In this document: one piece after another, positions 21,233 to 24,000 of the stretch
Numbering within the stretch: position 1 is the stretch's first letter
Layout of the letters: each line of letters begins with the position of its first letter
Source of the DNA: Paenibacillus sp.
Lineage (GTDB): Bacteria; Bacillota; Bacilli; Paenibacillales; Paenibacillaceae
DNA length: 24,000 bases
Assembly (NCBI RefSeq): GCF_031254035.1
Contig: NZ_JAIRVF010000123.1
Reading direction: 5' to 3' (one strand)
Made by a program: the position numbers and the translations under genes
The notes under the pieces: generated by a model
Database searches by the model: none
Told to the model about the DNA's origin: nothing
What the model saw: the letters and a program-made list of their open reading frames with translations, nothing else

Positions 21233-23626
21233 TTACGTTACTTGCCTTACAAGTTCCCTGCTTTTTGTGAAGACAATCGCAACCGGAACGTCTGCCTCAA
21301 AATCGATCTCCAGCACCTTTCCGAGGTAACGTACCTTGTGTTTTCCGGCGAAGTCGGCTGTCACGAACGCTTGGGTTAGTATGCCATCTTGCCAGAATAC
21401 GTTCACTGTATAACCGCCACGGGCCCGCAGTCCCTTCACACTTCCCTCGCCCCACGATGCCGGGAGCGCCGGCAAAAGATGGAGATCCTGTTCGTGGCTT
21501 TGCAGCAGCATTTCCGCGATGCCAGCTGCAGAGCCAAAGTTGCCATCAATTTGGAACGGAGGATGCGCGCACATCAGATTCGGGTAAATTCCACCTTTAT
21601 GGTAGTCAAATCCCTCGCCTTCGACAATCGTAAGGAAATTGTTCAGCACATGGCTCGCCTGTTCTCCATCATGCAAACGCGCCCACATTGCTACTTTCCA
21701 ACCCATGCTCCAGCCCGTACCTTCGTTACCGCGAATCTCCAGGGAACGTCTGGCCGCTTTCATATACTCGGGTGTTCCCGCCATTGTCAGCTCGCTTCCT
21801 GGATACAATCCGTATAAATGAGAGAGGTGACGATGCTTCGGGTCGGCATCAGCAAAATCCTGATCCCACTCCACAATCTGCCCCCTCGCGCCGATTTGCA
21901 GCGGCGGCAGCTTGCCCAGCGCCTCGCGGCAGCCTTCGGCGAACACTTCATCCAGCTCTAGTTCTCCGCTTGCCTCGATCACGATCGCAAATAGATCCCG
22001 GCACAGGGTGATATCCATCGCAGTTGCCTGCGAGATAGAGCTATACCGGTCCGTCCCCGGCACAATGAAACTATTTTCAGGCGAGGTGGACGGGCTAGTA
22101 ATGAGATGTCCGGATTCATCCACGACGAGCCAATCGAGCATAAACCGGGCGGCTTCACGAATGAGCGGCCATACCCGCTGCTTGAGAAACTCGCGATCTT
22201 GGGTGAACAAATAATGTTCCCATAAATGTCGGCATAACCACGCCCCCGCCATCGGCCAGTATGCCCACTCGGCGTTCCCGCGCGGTCCGACATTGTTTGT
22301 GCGCCATATATCAGACATCGTATGAGCGGTCCATCCACTGCAGCCGTACTGAATACGAGCTGTTTCTGCTCCCGTGACGGCCTGCTGCTCAATCAGATTA
22401 AAAAGCGGTTCATGGCATTCAGGCAAATTGCATGTTTCGGCGAGCCAATAGTTCATCTGCAGGTTAATGTTAAAATGATAATCACTGTTCCAAGGCGGCT
22501 GCACCTTATCATTCCATATTCCCTGTAGATTAGCAGCTTGCGTGCCCGGTCTTGAGCTAGATATGAGCAAATACCGACCGTATTGGAATACCAAGCTAAG
22601 CATATCGGGATCTTTTGCACCATTCATCATGCGGCGCAGTCGCTCGTCAGTTGGCAGGTCCGCGCTGTCCGCGTCCTTCGGAGCACCTAATTGAAGCTCC
22701 ACGCGCCCAAACAGGGCCTGATAATCACGCTCATGCGCAGCCAGCAGCTCATCGTAACTTTTCTTCTCCGCTTGATCCATCACGCTGCGGCAAACCGCAA
22801 TCGGGTCGCGGCCGCTTTGTCCCGGAATTCGGTCAGAACCGTCAAAGCTGGTAGCGGATGTATACAGAAGCGTGATCCATGTTGCACCCGTGATGACGAT
22901 CCGCTCTTCCTCGGTATGAATATCGCCCCCTTCATGCAATACGCGAACGAGCGCAGCAAAGTACATTGGCCTGCCGGGTCTCTCTTCATCATAAACAACC
23001 GCAGGATCTTGCCCGTTGTTATGGTTGCTTACTCGGAGCGGACATTCCCCTTTCAGTAGTAACTCCCCACTAGGCGCAGCATGAACACCATGCTTCAGCT
23101 CCGAGCTGAGCGACACCGTGAGCTCTATGCCAGTCGGGTCTGTGCTTTCGCAGTGAACGACCATCACCTGATCGGCAGCGGATACAAATACGGTGCGGTG
23201 TTGCCGCTGCCCTCCCATACCGAATTCGGTCCGAGCCACCGCCGTATTCAAGTCAAGTGAACGGATATATTCCTTCTCATCCGGTTCTCCTGCGAATTCC
23301 AAAAACAAATCGCCAAGTGGCTGGTACGGCTGCACGCCATGTCCGGGCATCCCTAACATGCGGCTTTCGATTAGCTGCTGCGCCTCTACGTAGCGCCCTT
23401 CCACCAAAAGGCGGCGCGCTTCCGGCAATGAAGCGGCTGCCTCCGGATTGTCCTCCTTCACCGGATAACCAGCCCAAAGCGTATCCTCGTTCAACTGCAG
23501 CCGTTCGCGCTGTATCCCACCAAATACCATTGCGCCCATTCGACCATTGCCAATTGGGAGCGCTTCTTCCCATTTTTTCGCAGGCTGTTTGTACCAAAGC
23601 ATGTTCCGCTTCGTCAATTGCGCCAA
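21233..23626 (-). CDS. Glycoside hydrolase family 95 (alpha-L-fucosidase-type), no signal peptide
   Basis: About 790 aa. It has the hallmark GH95 N-terminus LWYKQPAKKWEEALPIGNGRMGAMVFGG...LQLNEDTLWAG, and later NLQGIWN, DYHFNINLQMNYW, PSTSPEN and HRHLSHLYGLYPG. The start is either TTG 23626 or ATG 23602; neither has a convincing SD. Confidence 0.88.
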   Translation of the reverse strand: MAQLTKRNMLWYKQPAKKWEEALPIGNGRMGAMVFGGIQRERLQLNEDTLWAGYPVKEDNPEAAASLPEARRLLVEGRYVEAQQLIESRMLGMPGHGVQPYQPLGDLFLEFAGEPDEKEYIRSLDLNTAVARTEFGMGGQRQHRTVFVSAADQVMVVHCESTDPTGIELTVSLSSELKHGVHAAPSGELLLKGECPLRVSNHNNGQDPAVVYDEERPGRPMYFAALVRVLHEGGDIHTEEERIVITGATWITLLYTSATSFDGSDRIPGQSGRDPIAVCRSVMDQAEKKSYDELLAAHERDYQALFGRVELQLGAPKDADSADLPTDERLRRMMNGAKDPDMLSLVFQYGRYLLISSSRPGTQAANLQGIWNDKVQPPWNSDYHFNINLQMNYWLAETCNLPECHEPLFNLIEQQAVTGAETARIQYGCSGWTAHTMSDIWRTNNVGPRGNAEWAYWPMAGAWLCRHLWEHYLFTQDREFLKQRVWPLIREAARFMLDWLVVDESGHLITSPSTSPENSFIVPGTDRYSSISQATAMDITLCRDLFAIVIEASGELELDEVFAEGCREALGKLPPLQIGARGQIVEWDQDFADADPKHRHLSHLYGLYPGSELTMAGTPEYMKAARRSLEIRGNEGTGWSMGWKVAMWARLHDGEQASHVLNNFLTIVEGEGFDYHKGGIYPNLMCAHPPFQIDGNFGSAAGIAEMLLQSHEQDLHLLPALPASWGEGSVKGLRARGGYTVNVFWQDGILTQAFVTADFAGKHKVRYLGKVLEIDFEADVPVAIVFTKSRELVRQVT

Positions 23627-23694
23627 CTCCCCATGATAACGTATTCATTCCATACCAAATATTTATTCATCAGCAACCTTCGTTCCATAAGTGC

Positions 23695-23703
23695 ATTGTA
23701 TCA
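23695..23703 (-). promoter_or_regulatory. Candidate extended -10 promoter element for the GH95 gene
   Basis: The minus strand reads TGaTACAAT, with no good -35. Confidence 0.3.
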
Positions 23704-23724
23704 CCAAGCCCGATTTCGGTCTCG

Positions 23725-23753
23725 TTAACCGCGGTTAAATTTCCCTAGGGAAA
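23725..23753. promoter_or_regulatory. Two adjacent perfect 14-bp palindromes in the divergent intergenic region (candidate regulator/UAS sites)
   Basis: TTAACCGCGGTTAA (23725-23738), one A, then TTTCCCTAGGGAAA (23740-23753). Confidence 0.5.
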
Positions 23754-23810
23754 GGTCTCGCGAATTACTGCAGCTGTGTTGGAGAACTAATTTCAGTAGT
23801 AGGCATTACT

Positions 23811-23826
23811 TGGCATGAAAATTGCT
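23811..23826 (+). promoter_or_regulatory. Sigma-54 (SigL/RpoN)-type -24/-12 promoter element
   Basis: TGGCATGAAAATTGCT compared with the consensus TGGCAC-N5-TTGCW. The GG and GC dinucleotides have canonical spacing. It ends 63 nt upstream of the ATG at 23890. Confidence 0.55.
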
Positions 23827-23889
23827 TATTAAAAGGATTAAACCACGACTTGTACCGGACAGGTTCACAAATAAGGGGAGGCAAAACCT

Positions 23890-24000
23890 ATGATCAGAAT
23901 CGAGCACGATATTTTAGGGGCGCGCGTGCTGCCCGCCCATGCTTATTACGGTATTCAAACACTGCGGACAATCGAGAACTATCCACGTGCCGCCGCACCA
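23890..24000 (+). CDS. Aspartate ammonia-lyase / class II fumarase-family lyase, N-terminal 37 codons (continues beyond the window)
   Basis: [32 protein letters not shown] matches the aspartase N-terminal pattern (R-I/V-E[26 protein letters not shown]). The RBS AAGGGGAGG lies upstream. Confidence 0.7.
   Translation, partial: MIRIEHDILGARVLPAHAYYGIQTLRTIENYPRAAAP

Noticed and set aside
21389-23748. Numerous 60-160-aa ORFs on both strands across the GH95 gene (for example 21389..21817, 21979..22392, 22691..23059, 23257..23748, 23277..23648).
   Set aside because: These are typical stop-poor shadow frames of a GC-rich gene. Their translations are Arg/Pro/Ala-rich and low in complexity, they have no RBS, and they are all nested in a gene with clear GH95 motifs.
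23724-23777. The restriction-site-rich stretch called as a synthetic polylinker or vector remnant.
   Set aside because: No flanking vector-like features (primer sites, lacZ-alpha, terminator cassettes) are visible. The sites are explained by two long natural-looking palindromes in a regulatory position. It is kept as a caveat in the finding rather than a call.

Overview
This looks like a Firmicute, probably Paenibacillus-like, chromosomal segment; that guess rests on gene content, RBS style and codon usage and is not verified. From left to right: (1) The 3' tail of an IS3-family transposase at the window edge. (2) A compact + strand two-gene cassette (523-1639). It pairs a 285-aa helical, TPR-like protein with no HTH and an overlapping gene for a Sec-exported precursor carrying eight tandem copies of (L)NHGAEY. 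I read this as a candidate undescribed RNPP/Rap-Phr-like peptide-signalling cassette with a polyprotein pro-peptide, and it is the most interesting item in the window. (3) A ten-gene minus-strand block (11904 down to 2050): ulaG, ulaA, ulaB, ulaC, ulaD, ulaE, ulaF, a PRD/EIIA-type activator, ptsH and ptsI. This is a complete L-ascorbate PTS and catabolic pathway with the general PTS genes at its 3' end. It is preceded by a TATAAT -10 box and a 22-bp cre-like palindrome. (4) An accessory stretch: a decayed XRE-HTH gene, a TetR gene plus a DUF3995 membrane protein that share a repeated operator, an alpha/beta-hydrolase remnant, a Tet(M)/Tet(O)-family ribosomal-protection GTPase with its own promoter and an overlapping leader ORF, a DJ-1/PfpI protein, a MarR plus alpha/beta-hydrolase pair, an alpha/beta-hydrolase plus TetR pair, and an isochorismatase-family hydrolase. 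(5) A visibly more GC-rich GH95 alpha-L-fucosidase gene, divergent from an aspartase-family gene cut by the right edge. That gene is preceded by a near-consensus sigma-54 -24/-12 element and two adjacent perfect 14-bp palindromes. I recognised no rRNA, tRNA or CRISPR array. All homology calls come from reading the translations by eye; no searches were run.
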